Positions 35,639 to 48,300 of a stretch of DNA of 64,000 nt are shown here, in pieces. The stretch's first letter is position 1. Each line of letters starts with the position of its first letter. Under the pieces are notes generated by a model, which saw nothing but the letters and a program-made list of their open reading frames with translations, made no database searches and was not told where the DNA came from. Both the position numbers and the translations under genes were made by a program. This DNA is from Saccostrea echinata (taxonomy: Eukaryota), in NCBI RefSeq assembly GCF_033153115.1, contig NW_026889774.1:23746001-23810000 (forward strand), in the 5' to 3' direction.

Positions 35639-38600
35639 CACATACTAGATAAATTGAGGAGGAGTACCAAATTCATGCAATCACCAAGAAAATGACCTAA
35701 TTCTAGAGACAACTAACCTCCATGTGAATACATCAGGTGCCCATCCTTGGAAAATGCCACATCTTTTACTTCACCATTCATCTGCAGTGTATGAATCCAT
35801 TCTTTGGACTAAAAAAAATTTAGTGACCAGGTTTCAGTTGTATAAAATTTTTAACTTTCTGATTTGAGATTAAAGAAAAAGAAAGTTCTCAGCTTGGTAA
35901 TCAAGAATTAGTTAGCTCAAAGTTTCCTTCAATTATTTTTTAAAAGCTTAGAACATATAAGAAAAATATATTATCTGAGTATCCGATACTAAAGTAAAGG
36001 GACAATAAATTGATAATTGTTCCCTTCTTTTTTTTTCTAATATAATTTTGACTATATAACTGCAACTTCAACTTTAATGAAATTGTTTTTCACATACTAT
36101 CCTTCTCCCCATTAGGTCGAGTTTCCCTATTTTTCTCTTTACATCTATTTACACCTACTTTTGCTGACAGAAGATGCATTCCTCCAGTTTTCCCAAGAAA
36201 CACTAAAAATCTTCCATCTGGTGATACTCTAAATTTCTTCATCATTTTCTCCTCTAACCCTGAATTTGAACATAAATGAATTCCATGTGAAATAACATAA
36301 CGATAAATAATTTTAATCTTTCAGTGTGAAATGCAGCATTTATGACACACTACTACACTCCCCATCCCCAGAAAATATTATACATGGCAAGGAATCGAAG
36401 TCTTTTTTCACTGTTTCAAGAACTCCTTCTTATTTTGAGTGGTACATATGCACTAAGAATGAATGATGATCATAAGCAAATATGAAAGATTAGAGAGGTT
36501 TAGCAAGCTCACTTGTACATGTTCGTGTAAACTACAAGTTAGAATTACACGTACATGTACACGTTTACATTATTTTTCTTATTTAGCAAAGTATAAGCTG
36601 TACGTGTACTTGTACGTGTTTTAAATGTAAAAATGTAATATGCATATCACCCTTTTAAATAAATATATGCACACATTTATAAGAAAAAGAATGAAAAGAG
36701 CTCTTATAATTTTGATCCGTCAAAGCCTGCTTTGAAAGTCTAGATGTTGTGTATTTAGCATTCTATGAAATTATATTTTTCAATAATAGACATTTAGTTC
36801 TTTATATCAGTATCTGCATTAAATCTTCAGGTTTTAGGAAAATGCACAATTTTTAAAATATAAACAGCAGTTAAAGAAATATAGGCTGCAAGACTGGACC
36901 AACCTGTACTCGGTAATCTACATGTAAGTGGATACACGTAGAAATTCGTCATTAGCAAAACTAATGACGTAATGCACATATTTCTGGGGGGATTCCCTCC
37001 TACACGTACTTGTACATGTTGGTTTGCTAAACCTCTCTATTCATTACCTTTTATTTTGGGAACATTGATAATTTTTCCAGCCATCATATCGTAATATTTA
37101 AAGTTTTTGTATCTAGACCCCATTATAACTTCATGACCATCTGTGCTGAAATGTGCTGTGTGGATTGGAAAACCATCAATAAACACACTTTGGATCTTTG
37201 GATTATGTTTACCATCCACCTGCAAGCACAAAAGACTTCTTAGCTGTTCAAACTGAACATTGCACAAGTAATTGGTCTAATTTTTTTTAAAATTTATTTA
37301 CAGTTGCACTATCTCGAACTTCAATATCTTGAATACCATAGATATGTCGAAGTCAGTTGGAAGTCCCAACCACATTTTCTTTACGCAATTTAACCTCATT
37401 ATCTCCAACCTTTTTTCTCGGTCCCATTGAGATAACAAGGTTTGATTGTATTTATCTTTACCTGAAATAGGCTCAAAGTGTAGTTCATCCCTGCAGTTAG
37501 AATAACCTGAGCTGTTGGGTGAAACTCTACTGATGTCAACTTGCCCTGTCATCAAAAGGAAACAGATGAAGGCATTCAACATTTCACAAATTAAATATAC
37601 ATACAAGATTTTTATCCCCTTAATTGATTATTCTTTCACTTATGTGGCATAAAAACTTTAAAATACCTTTTCTGTAAGGACTTGAGACACTTTTAATCAA
37701 GAATTTTTTCTTTGCAACATATTAGTTGGAAGGATAACGGTAAGTGTATAGGTATTTATTGTTAATTCCCTTGATAGAATACTATACTCCAGTAACTGAA
37801 AGCTGCATTACACATTTATTTCCTCTGACACTTAACACATGTATCCCTGAGGGCATTATGCATTTACATGTGTACATGTACCGGGTATATCCCCCCAAAA
37901 TCTTTACCTCAGAGGCATTACATATTTATTTCCCCTGAAACTTCATCTTTGAGGGCATTATGCATTTATTCCCCCTGAAACTTTACCTCTGAGGTCATTA
38001 CACATTATATCCCCTGAAACTTTACCTCTGAGGGAATTACACATTTATTTCCCACAAAAATTTACCTCTGAAGGTTGTTCCTTGTTGGCATCAGTACATT
38101 GTTTAAGGTCGATTAATCCTTTAGGTAATGAGGAGGAAGTTATTAAATAATTTCCAGTCTTCTGAAGTAAATCATCTACATCACTGTCATCTATAAAAAA
38201 AAATTTATTTCATTTTAAGTTTTCTTTATGTTTTTGTCTAATGCTTATGTGAAAAGATTCATGACAACCGATATACAAGTATTCCATGAAAAAAGAGGTT
38301 TCACGGTGACTGAAATATACCCACCACATGCATATATTTTCTCGATGTTAGACTTACCATCAGATTCATGAGTTCTCTCAGATTGTAACTTGGCCCAGTT
38401 AGGAACAGAGGAGACTTTCTCAAATCTGCATTCAAAAATGAACAAAATTAAATTTAAAACAGATGTAAAAAAAAAACATAAGTTTTACTTACTCAGATTT
38501 AGATGAGAGGTGTACTATTATGGACCTGAATTTAGCAGTGTACATGTACTTACTCAGATTTAGATGAGAGGTGTACTATTATGGACTTGAGTTTAGCAGT

Positions 38601-41600
38601 GTACTAACTCAGATTTAGATGAGAGGTGTACTATTATGGACTTGAGTTTAGCGGTGTACTTACTCAGATTTAGATGAAAGGTGTACTATTATGGACTTGA
38701 GTTTAGCGGTGTACTTACTCAGATTTAGATGAGAGGTGTACTATTATGGACTTGAGTTTAGCAGTGTACTAACTCAGATTTAGATGAGAGGTGTACTATT
38801 ATGGACTTGAGTTTAGCGGTGTACTTACTCAGATTTAGATGAGAGGTGTACTATTATGGACTTGAGTTTAGCAGTGTACTAACTCAGATTTAGATGAGAG
38901 GTGTACTATTATGGACTTGAGTTTAGCGGTGTACTTACTCAGATTTAGATGAAAGGTGTACTATTATGGACTTGAGTTTAGCAGTGTACTTACTCAGATT
39001 GAGATGAGAGGTGTACTATTATGAACCTGAGTTTAGCAGTGTACTTACTCAGATTTAGATGAGAGGTGTACTTTTATGAACTTGAGTTTAGCTGTGTACT
39101 AACTCAAATTTAGATGAGAGGTGTACTTTTATGAACTTGAGTTTAGCAGTGTACTAACTCAGATTTAGATGAGAGGTGTACTATTATGAACCTGAGTTTA
39201 GCAGTGTACTTACTCAGATTTAGATGAGAGGTGTACTATTATGAACTTGAGTTTAGCATTGAACTTACTCAGATTTAGATGAGAGGTGTACTATTATGAA
39301 CTTGAGTTTAGCAGTGTACTAACTCAGATTTAGATGAGAGGTGTACTATTATGGACTTGAGTTTAGCAGTGTACTTACTCAGATTTAGATGAGAGGTGTA
39401 CTTTTATGAACTTGAGTTTAGCAGTGTACTAACTCAGATTTAGATGAGAGGTGTACTATTATGGACTTGAGTTTAGTGGTGTACTTACTCAGATTTAGAT
39501 GAGAGGTGTACTATTATGAACTTGACTTTAGCAGTGTACTTACTCAGATTTAGATGAGAGGTGTACTGTTATGGACTTGAGTTTAGCAGTGTACTTACTC
39601 AGATTTAGATGAGAGGTGTACTTTTATGGACTTAGTTTAGCAGTATATTTACTCAGATTTAGATGAGAGGTGTACTGTTATGGACTCGAGTTTAACAGTG
39701 TTCTCACTCATTCTTCAGTTGAGAGGTGTACTGTTATGGACTTGATTTTAGAAGCATTGTTACTCAGCCTTCAATTGAGAGGTACACTGTTCTGGACTTG
39801 AGTTTGGCAGTGTACTTATTCAGATTTAGATGAGAGGTATATTGCTATAGACTTGAGATTGGCAGTGTACTTTCTCAGCCTTTAGTTGAGAGATGTACTG
39901 TATTGGACTTGAGTTTTTCAGTGTACTTACTCCGCCTTTAGTTGAGAGGTGTATTGGTCTGTTTTTATTTTTCTTTCATCTCCTCTTCTTATTGAATCAT
40001 ATCTTCTTTCTCTTGTTATCTGTATACTAAATACAAAGTATTTCGAAAATTATATTTTGCATTCAGTGCATGCCTTCTTATAATTCTGTGACAAAAAAAG
40101 TATTAAAGTATTTTCACATTGCCACAAACACATCCTAAATATTAATGATGATAAGTCATTACCTTCCCTTATCATCTTCATCCTGCCATACAGGGGCCTT
40201 CTTTTGCTTTGGGGGAATTTTTTTCTTTTTAGCTTGTGTTTCATATTCTGCCTATATGTATAAAAATATATATATATTATACAAAAATAGCTCATACGCA
40301 AAACCAGTGAATAACAATTCTCAGCTGAGCGAGAGTGGTATATCATACGCTCATATGCAACTTGCTGATATATGCACTTTATAAGACTTTTTATATGATG
40401 CTATTACAGTTGAACTTTGGTATCTCAATCACCGATATCTCGAATACCATGGAAATGTTGAACTGAGTTGGAAGTCTGGGTTTCTCTTTTTCTATGAATT
40501 TTAACCTCAGTATCTTGAATCTTCAGATATCATGAAGTTTTTCCTGGTCCTATTGAATTCAAGATAATGAGGTTTGACTGTATATGTAATTTATTTGTAA
40601 ACAATACATTTAAAAAAACCATTGTATATTCTGAAGGAAATATGTAGAAAACCAGTAGCCAATCAAATCATTTACATCCTCTGAATCATTAAAGTAATTT
40701 TACTTCAGCAGCACTCTGTGTTTAACTTTAAGTGCAGCTAATCATGTGGGATGCTTTAAGTAGCCAATATTTAATTGCGACTGTCTGCATTTCATTCACT
40801 GCATTCAATAAGTCACTTGTCAGTAAGACAATAATTTGTTTCACTTAAATGATGACTAATTTCAATTTACATAAACACCTTGTTCTTCACTGAAAGACAC
40901 ATTCTATAGGCTATCTACCCCAGTAGCCACTTTCTATTTCTGAGCCTAAATCACCTCGTCAACCATGTACACTTTACAGAAACATAGTTTCCTGTGCAGC
41001 TTGGATATTTCACACATCTGTATGCATTAACTGAATTTAAAAAAAAAAGTAAGACATATACTTTTGGGTGTCTTGTACTTAAAAACCCTTTCATTGCCTT
41101 TAATTTTCTCTCAAAAAAGAAATTGCCATTGATGAATATATCAAAAGGCAGCTCATAGGGCTAAATTGACCATTTTTGGTACAAGGTCCTGTACCTTTTT
41201 CAAATGGGAATTTTTAATTCCAAACATGGTAAAATTTGGAAAAATTAATGTCTTATACTATGTTTTACTGTAGAATAAAGAGTTAGATTGTAGGTTAATT
41301 CCCTTTTCAATCTTTATGAATCATCATAATCTCTAAATTTGATAAATTCAAGTTCTTTTTCATGCAAGGATCTAGAGGGGGTTGGGGGGTTGGGGGGTTC
41401 CAGCCCCCCCCCCCCCCCTGGAATTTGCAAAGTTATTAAAAGGATATACTGAAGCAGATAAAAAATAACTTTGGACCCCCCACTCCTGGAAAACGTGGAC
41501 CCCACCACCATGAAATACGTTCTTTTTCTCTCATTTTTTACTTTTTTTTTTTTGTTTTTTTGCTTGTCAAGTTTCTATTTAAAAAATATGAAAAATGCAT

Positions 41601-44372
41601 TCTGCTTGCCATTTGGGAATACCTATATTTGGTTAAAAAAAAAGTCAATTTTCAACTGGGACAGGGTCCTTTGACTGGACATGGCTGCAAGGACTATTAA
41701 CAGAATGAAGCCATAGCTTAGCATTGGTAATGTATATTTAGAATACAGAAAATTTTCACATGTGTTTTTAATGCTGTGGAATTTAAGTGTATTTTTGATG
41801 CTCATAAATATAAATGTGTTTAAATTTTACAGATTTAAAACACATAAAAATTTTTAGCACACAAAAAAAAACAAGAGGCCCAGGGGCCGCATCACTCACC
41901 TGAGCACTATGGCTAGGAAAAAGCAGAAATCAGTTCAGTCTTGAAAGGTTGAAAAGTTTAAATATAAAAGTGGTTCGGTTCGGGGGGGGGGGGGGGGATG
42001 GGGGGGATGGGGGTTGATTTGAACTAACTTGAATCTATACTTCATAGGGATGCTTTTGAATTAATATGACAAATAATGGCTTTGCTGTTCTTAAGAAGAA
42101 AATTCTCATTGATATATCCTTTGTATAACTATGATCCCTTGTTATGACCCCACTATTCTCCTGGGGGGGGGGGGTCATGAATTGAACAAATTTGAATCTA
42201 CATTACCTGAGGATGATTCCATTTAAATACGACTAATCATGGCTTTGCTGTTCTTGAGAAGAAATTTTTTTTAAAGATTTTTCCACAGGCACTTGGGGTA
42301 TGGACCCCCCCCCCCCCCTTTCCATTTTTTTTCTTTTTAAATCTGGGGTCAAGTCACCTTTTTCCTATTTTTGTATTCTAATATGCACTGTATGTTATCA
42401 ATAATGTAACTCTTTTGTCTCTATAAGCTGTTTTTAAATATATCGTTTTCAACTGATCATAAAAAGAGAGAAGGCTTGCAACTTTCTCATCGCCTGCCTC
42501 ACCTCACTTAAACTTCGCCTGATTATTTATCGAAAGAATAAGAACAGTCTTCGCCAAATCTTTTTTTCAGTACATGCCCTTCGGGCAGGTTTAACCACTT
42601 ATTATGCTAGCCCGAACAAATATTTACATGCCCAGAATTTTATCAAGTAATTTTATTCTTATTTGCCTTTTCATGCCCAGGAAATGATCGGAAATCCATT
42701 TCTATCGATCTATTGTCTCGCCATTAATATTGTTTTCAACCTGTACACTTTTTGTGTCTCCTTTGCAAAAGAATTCCTTGGAAGTCACGTATTATTTTCA
42801 ACGTGTATACTTTTTGCGTCTCCTTTGCAAAAGAGTTCCTTGGAAATTGCAGTAGAATATTTAAACTATCGTTAAAATTTTATTTGATGCTCCACTTGAG
42901 ATGAAAAATCAGACTTTTAAGTACATTTAATGTTATTGGTATTGTTTAATTTGATAATAGGGAGGCTTAGGCCTCAGAATTTACATGCCCTTCGGGCTTG
43001 TAAGTATGCAATTTCCACATGCCCGTTTCCAATTTTACCAGGTCCCGGGCTTCGGACTCCCGGGATTTGTTGAAGACTGTAAGAAAACATGGAATGTGCA
43101 TACATCAATAAATTCGTTATACATTCTTCTTCCTTTTCATATTCCATTTAATTTTTATGTGCCCCCGATTTGTAAATATTTCGATTAAATCACCCGCATC
43201 TAGGGTAAATTTTGTTTATGTGCACCAGCTGGGACGGAAGTGCCCGGTATTTTCGGGTATCATCATGAGAAAGTTGCAAGCCTTCTCTCTTTTTATGTAT
43301 CAGTCGAAAACGATATATTTAAAAACAGCTTATAGAGACAAAAGTGTTACATTATTGATAACATACAGTGCATATTAGAATACAAAAATATTAAAAAGGT
43401 TACTCGACCCCAGATTTAAAAAGGGTCCATACCCCAAGTGCCTGTGGATTTTTCCTATGTATTCCTATGTAAAAGTTTGATCGCCCATTGTGGCCCCACC
43501 CTACCCCCGGGGGTATTGATTTGAACAAATTTGAATCTACAGTATCTAAGAATGCTTCCATATAAATATGACCAATCATGGCTTTGCTGTTCTTGAGAAA
43601 TAGATTTTTACTATGTATTTAAATGTAAAACTTTGATCGCCCATTGTGGCCCCACCCAATCCCCCGGGGTCATGATTTGAACAAGCTTGAATCTACACTA
43701 CCTGAGGATGCTTCCATATAAATATGACCATTCATGGCTTTGCTGTTCTTAAGAAAAAGAAGATTATTACAGATTTTTCTTATATATTCCTATGTAAATT
43801 TTGATCGCCCATTGTGGCCCCAACCTACCCCTGGGGGGTCATGATTTGAACAAACTTGAATCTACACTACCTGAGGATGCTACCATATAAATATGACCAA
43901 TCATGGCTTTGCTGTTCTTGAGAAGAAGATTTTTAAAGATTTTTCCTATATATTCCTATGTAAAACTTTGATCGCCCATTGTGGCCCCACCCTACCCCCA
44001 GGGTCATGATTTTAACAAACCTGAATCTACACTACCTGAGGATGCTACCATATAAATATGACCAATCATGGCATTGCTGTTCCTGAGAAGAAGCAGTGAT
44101 TCATTTTGGTGTGCGTCCCGCGTAAATTACGCACAAATTTTGCTCAGGACGCATTATTTCAATAAATGTGCATCCCAATAAACGCATTTAATTTGTAAAA
44201 TGAAAGGTATTATTTTAAATTATTTCGGTATAATCTGCTTCAAAACTTCGCCGATTGCATCATATCCACGTGCTAAGCGATATGCATGAACACAGTGGTT
44301 CTTGAGAAGAAGATTTTTTAATGATGCCATTAATTTTTCATGAATTCATAATTATCTCCCCTTGGAAGAAGG

Positions 44373-44415
<43 letters not shown>

Positions 44416-44428
44416 AATACTTTGTAGC

Positions 44429-44460
<32 letters not shown>

Positions 44461-44987
44461 AGAAGGAGTCAAAAATGTGAAAAGTTTACAGACAGACAGA
44501 AAGACGGACTACAGACAAAATGTGATCAGAAAAGCTCACTTGAGCCTTTGGCTCAGGTGAGCTAAAAACTGTTATATGGTATATTTTTTAGACATTCCAG
44601 ATAAGCAATCATCAAATAATATAACTATTTACTAAAAGTTAGTTTAAGTTAAAACTTAACTTCATAAACACAGATAAGTAAATTGGGCTGATCAATTACT
44701 GAACAAGTTTGCAACTAAACCCTGTTTATGATTTGATTTGTCTTCAGTTAGAATTTGATAAGAATGAAGTATCCAGAATACTATACAACCTGTCTCGAAA
44801 TTTCTTGCAAAGTTTGTATCACATCTGCATCTCCACCGAGGACAAGTTTCTCCAAATGTGTTTCATCCGCGTTTTTGTCTCTCTTTTTGCTACCTAATGG
44901 AATATTTGCCTCTGCAGGGATTTTTCCTTGTGTGACGCGTGCTTCCAAGGAATGGGAAACTGTTGTCTTTCTCTTTCTACGCAACAT
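32203..44987 (-). CDS. UTP18: U3 snoRNA-associated protein 18 (WD40), multi-exon
   Basis: Motifs HLEKLVLG, PVWQDEDD, LKAEFEK..VPNWA, LLQKTGNY, SVEFHPTAQVILTAG, FQVDGKHNPKIQS, PKPVKAIMNLTT, LVHVPSMTVFSNFP, KHYGNY*. Exons ~44790-44987, 40163-~40251, 39931-40026, ~38358-38425, 38066-~38190, ~37462-37545, ~37048-37219, ~36158-36259, ~35718-35808, ~35138-35261, ~33061-33236, ~32663-32806, 32203-32227. Confidence 0.92.
33996..35121 (-). mobile_element. Complete HINE-like element with ~120-bp core repeats in a UTP18 intron
   Basis: 3' hairpin tgtgtttgtgaaacac, subterminal IRs (tgcccccgtat / atacgggggca), GACA microsatellite, ~7-8 core repeats. Confidence 0.85.
35552..35635. repeat. (TA)n microsatellite
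   Basis: About 40 uninterrupted TA units. Confidence 0.95.
37800..38073 (-). repeat. ~40-bp tandem repeat containing a UTP18 5' splice site
   Basis: tttacctc.gagg..attac.catt.at.cccctgaaac units; the copy at 38061-38073 overlaps the exon end (cagag|gtaaat). Confidence 0.75.
38485..39955 (-). repeat. 55-bp tandem array (~27 units) derived from a UTP18 exon end and splice donor
   Basis: Plus-strand unit tactcagatttagatgagaggtgtactattatggacttgagtttagcagtgtact; the terminal copy overlaps the exon 39931-40026. Confidence 0.95.
41870..44568 (-). mobile_element. HINE/Helentron-like element with ~167-bp satellite monomers and nested insertions
   Basis: 3' end aacaagaggcccaggggccgcatcactcacctgag; 5' end gctcacttgagcctttggctcaggtgagctaaaaa with GACA microsatellite; monomers match the 279-1925 array in reverse. 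Confidence 0.85.
42284..43446. mobile_element. Non-autonomous DNA transposon with ~190-bp TIRs and 8-bp TSD (P- or hAT-like)
   Basis: CACAGGCACTTGGGGTATGGACCC...GGGTCCATACCCCAAGTGCCTGTG; GATTTTTC duplicated at 42276-42283 and 43447-43454. Confidence 0.85.
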
Positions 44988-45352
44988 ATTGAAAATATGG
45001 TGTGTTTTAAGATTATTCACACATGGACATGTTTCTGTATTTCTGTGCTCGTTGTTTTTATAGAACTTGAATTCCAACTTTGTAACTCTTTTAAAAAAAC
45101 ATTTGTATAACCCATTCTTAATAAAAGTAAATGATGAAATTATTATGTAAACAAAATCATTCCGGGAAAGCCAAAAAGAAAAAAAATAACGACTTGTTCA
45201 AATTAATATTATTTTCTTTTTCAGTATCATTATTCTATCCTGCTTCAAGCATACTGTTTAGCATTTTTTGGTTTTATAGAAAATATTTTCATTAAATAAA
45301 CTTTTAAAAATTTAATCCGGAGAATAATTTTTTCAGCTAATACATATTCATC
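44988..45352. promoter_or_regulatory. Putative bidirectional promoter and 5' UTRs of UTP18 and MRPL30
   Basis: 365 bp between divergent start codons (44987 minus, 45353 plus). Confidence 0.6.
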
Positions 45353-48300
45353 ATGGCGCTGTTCATGCAGCTACAAAAGGTTATTATTTGCAAATGCATT
45401 TTTGTTATAGTAATCATAGTATTCTTTAATCAGTCAAAATGAACAATGGTTTAAAAATGCATAATTTGATATACAGAACAGTTACGTTTATGTCTTTGGG
45501 GATGGTGAGTGGTTGATTCGAGTGACAATGTTTTCCATTTTTTAGCTTGCCTGGTCAGAGAAGCTTCAGATCGGCATAATCATGTTATTCAATTCGCGAA
45601 TTGATTAAGTTTGACGTTGTACACGTAACCTCATTACATTTATAAAACTGATTTTAATGATAAAAAGCATTAATAAAATGATAAAAAGTATTATACAGTT
45701 AGACAAGACTCTTAAATTGACTTTTCACGGAAAGCGAATTGAATAACATGAGTATATATATACAGAGGCAACATTCTAAACGTCTCCGAAAGGGGAGGTT
45801 TTCCCCGGAAAAGGGTTTCTTTGGGGGCCATACAGATAAAAAATGGGGCTTGGATTTTTTGGGGGGATTTTCATTTTTAAAATAATGAAGGAATTGAATG
45901 AAGCGAATTGAATAACATGAGTATATACCGACGCAAGTTCAATTTTCCTTTCTATAAAAAGCAAGTGAACCGAATCGATAATACATATCAGATATTAAGA
46001 GCGAATGGAATAACATGAGTATATATATAGTGAGGCAAGACTCTTAAATTGACTTTTCACGGAAAGCGAATTGAATAACATGAGTATATATATACAGAGG
46101 CAACATTCTAAACGTCTCTGAAAGGGGAGATTTTCCCCGGAAAAGGGTTTCTTTGGGGGTCATACAGATAAAAAGAATGGGGCTTGGATTTTTGGGGGGA
46201 TTTTCATTTTTAAAATAATGAAGGAATTGAATGAAGCGAATTGAATAACATGAGTATATACAGACGCAAGTTCTGTTTTCCTTTCAATAAAACGCAAGCG
46301 AACCGAATCGTTAATACATATCAGGTATTAAGAGCGAATGGAATAACATGAGTATATATATAGTGAGGCAAGACTCTTAAATTGACTTTTCACGGAAAGC
46401 GAATTGAATAACATGAGTATATATATACAGAGGCAACATTCTAAACGTCTCTGAAAGGGGAGATTTTCCCCGGAAAAGGGTTTCTTTGGGGGTAATACAG
46501 ATAAAAAAATGGGGCTTGGATTTTTTTGGGGGATTTTCATTCTTAAAATAATGAAGGAATTGAATAAAGTGAATTGAATAACATGAGTATATACCGACGT
46601 AAGTTCTGTTTTTCAACGCAAATCAGGTACAACGAATTCATTAACACGAGTAAATATATAAAAATACAAACTATTCCATTTATTCCGTAAATAATACACA
46701 TTCTTAGTGAACTTTGAAGTCAGTTAAAAATTTGTAAGGATTCACTTATCAAAACCAGTAGATACATATACTGACATAACTTTGAAAAAATCAGGACTGT
46801 GGTTGCAAATTTATAATACAGGTGCAAGTAAATTGCATTTTTGTCTAAAAGGGAAGTATATATAAACTTGTCTTATATCTACATTACATATATTTTTCTT
46901 CTCATTTTCGAGCCCACTGCGTCAACGAACGTCAAGTTTGATCTATACATTTGAGTACACATCACTCACGTTAAACTTGGACTGTACGAGGCCTATGAAA
47001 ACAATTGGGTGGTGAACGCCGTGAACACTCTTAACACTACACTGAATAATATGAAAGAAGGAACACAAATTATTTACATTTTAATAATAGTTGTAATTAG
47101 CGTTTTTACCACATGCACTTCAATACGATACGAACTGTTTGAAGAGTGAAATCCCAACAAGCTATTTAATACTGCGTTTATTCCGTAAATGGCATACAAA
47201 TTAATATGTTACGTCTTTATATTTCATCTAATACGAAATAAATAGCAAATGGATGATGTATCTGTTATTTTCTTTGAACACTAGAAGTACAACAAAATTA
47301 AAAACATATTAAATAAAATTCCGTTTATTCCGTAAATGGCATCAATGGCATAACCCGTTATTTTAAAATACGTACTTTACATATAAAATATTAGAAATAA
47401 GTAAATTTAATAATTAAAAAGCACATTTTGGTATTTTTCCTTTTAATTCCTTCTCCATTAGTTCTCATTTATTCTGTTTGCAGTATTATATATTTAAATA
47501 TACGTGAAAACAGAAAAAATTAGTACATTTACGGAATAAATAGCATATTTTTAATTTAAATTCCTTTCATATTTCTTTTGTTTCTTGTATCATATTCTTA
47601 GATATATGTGAAAACAGCAATTCCTTTCATATTTCTTTTGTTTCTTGTATTATATTCTTAGATATATGTGAAAACAGCAAAAATTAGTACATTTACGGAA
47701 TAAATAGCATATTTTTAATTTAAATTTCTTTCATATTTTTTTTGTTGCTGGTATTATATCCTTAGATATATGTGAAAACAACATCCTTCAAAAGGAAAAG
47801 AAACGTAAATGTTAACGTGTACAACGTCAAACTTAATCCATTCGCGAATTGAATAACATGATTATGCCTTCAGATCACATTTTTTTCGGCATCAGTCCAT
47901 CTGTCCGTCCGTCTGAAAACTTTTAAATTTTCGACTTCTTCTCCAGAATCACTTGGCTAATTAAAAAAATGCTACAAAGAAAGCCAAAATAGAATGCTGA
48001 CGTTCTATCGTTAAAATGTCCTTTAGACCAAGTTTAATGATATAATTCATTCCTTGTTAATTTAATAGATAACAAAATGTGAAAACAAATAACAGGGTCA
48101 GGTATTGTAAAGTATGTGAAAGGCTAAAGCTACAAACAATCCAGAAAATTCAAAATGTCAATATGGCTTGAACATTGGAGAGAAAAAGTTAAGAAAATAT
48201 CCCCCAGCATTTTCATAGTTAATAAATTTCTATGCCCCCCTCCCCCACCATCACCAAGTTCAAGTTTGTTCAAATATAGAGCCATGCCCTCTTTCAAGGG

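Noticed and set aside
38485-39955. CRISPR-like regular arrays (also 26140-27500)
   Set aside because: Contiguous tandem units with no unique spacers, no cas genes, eukaryotic introns.
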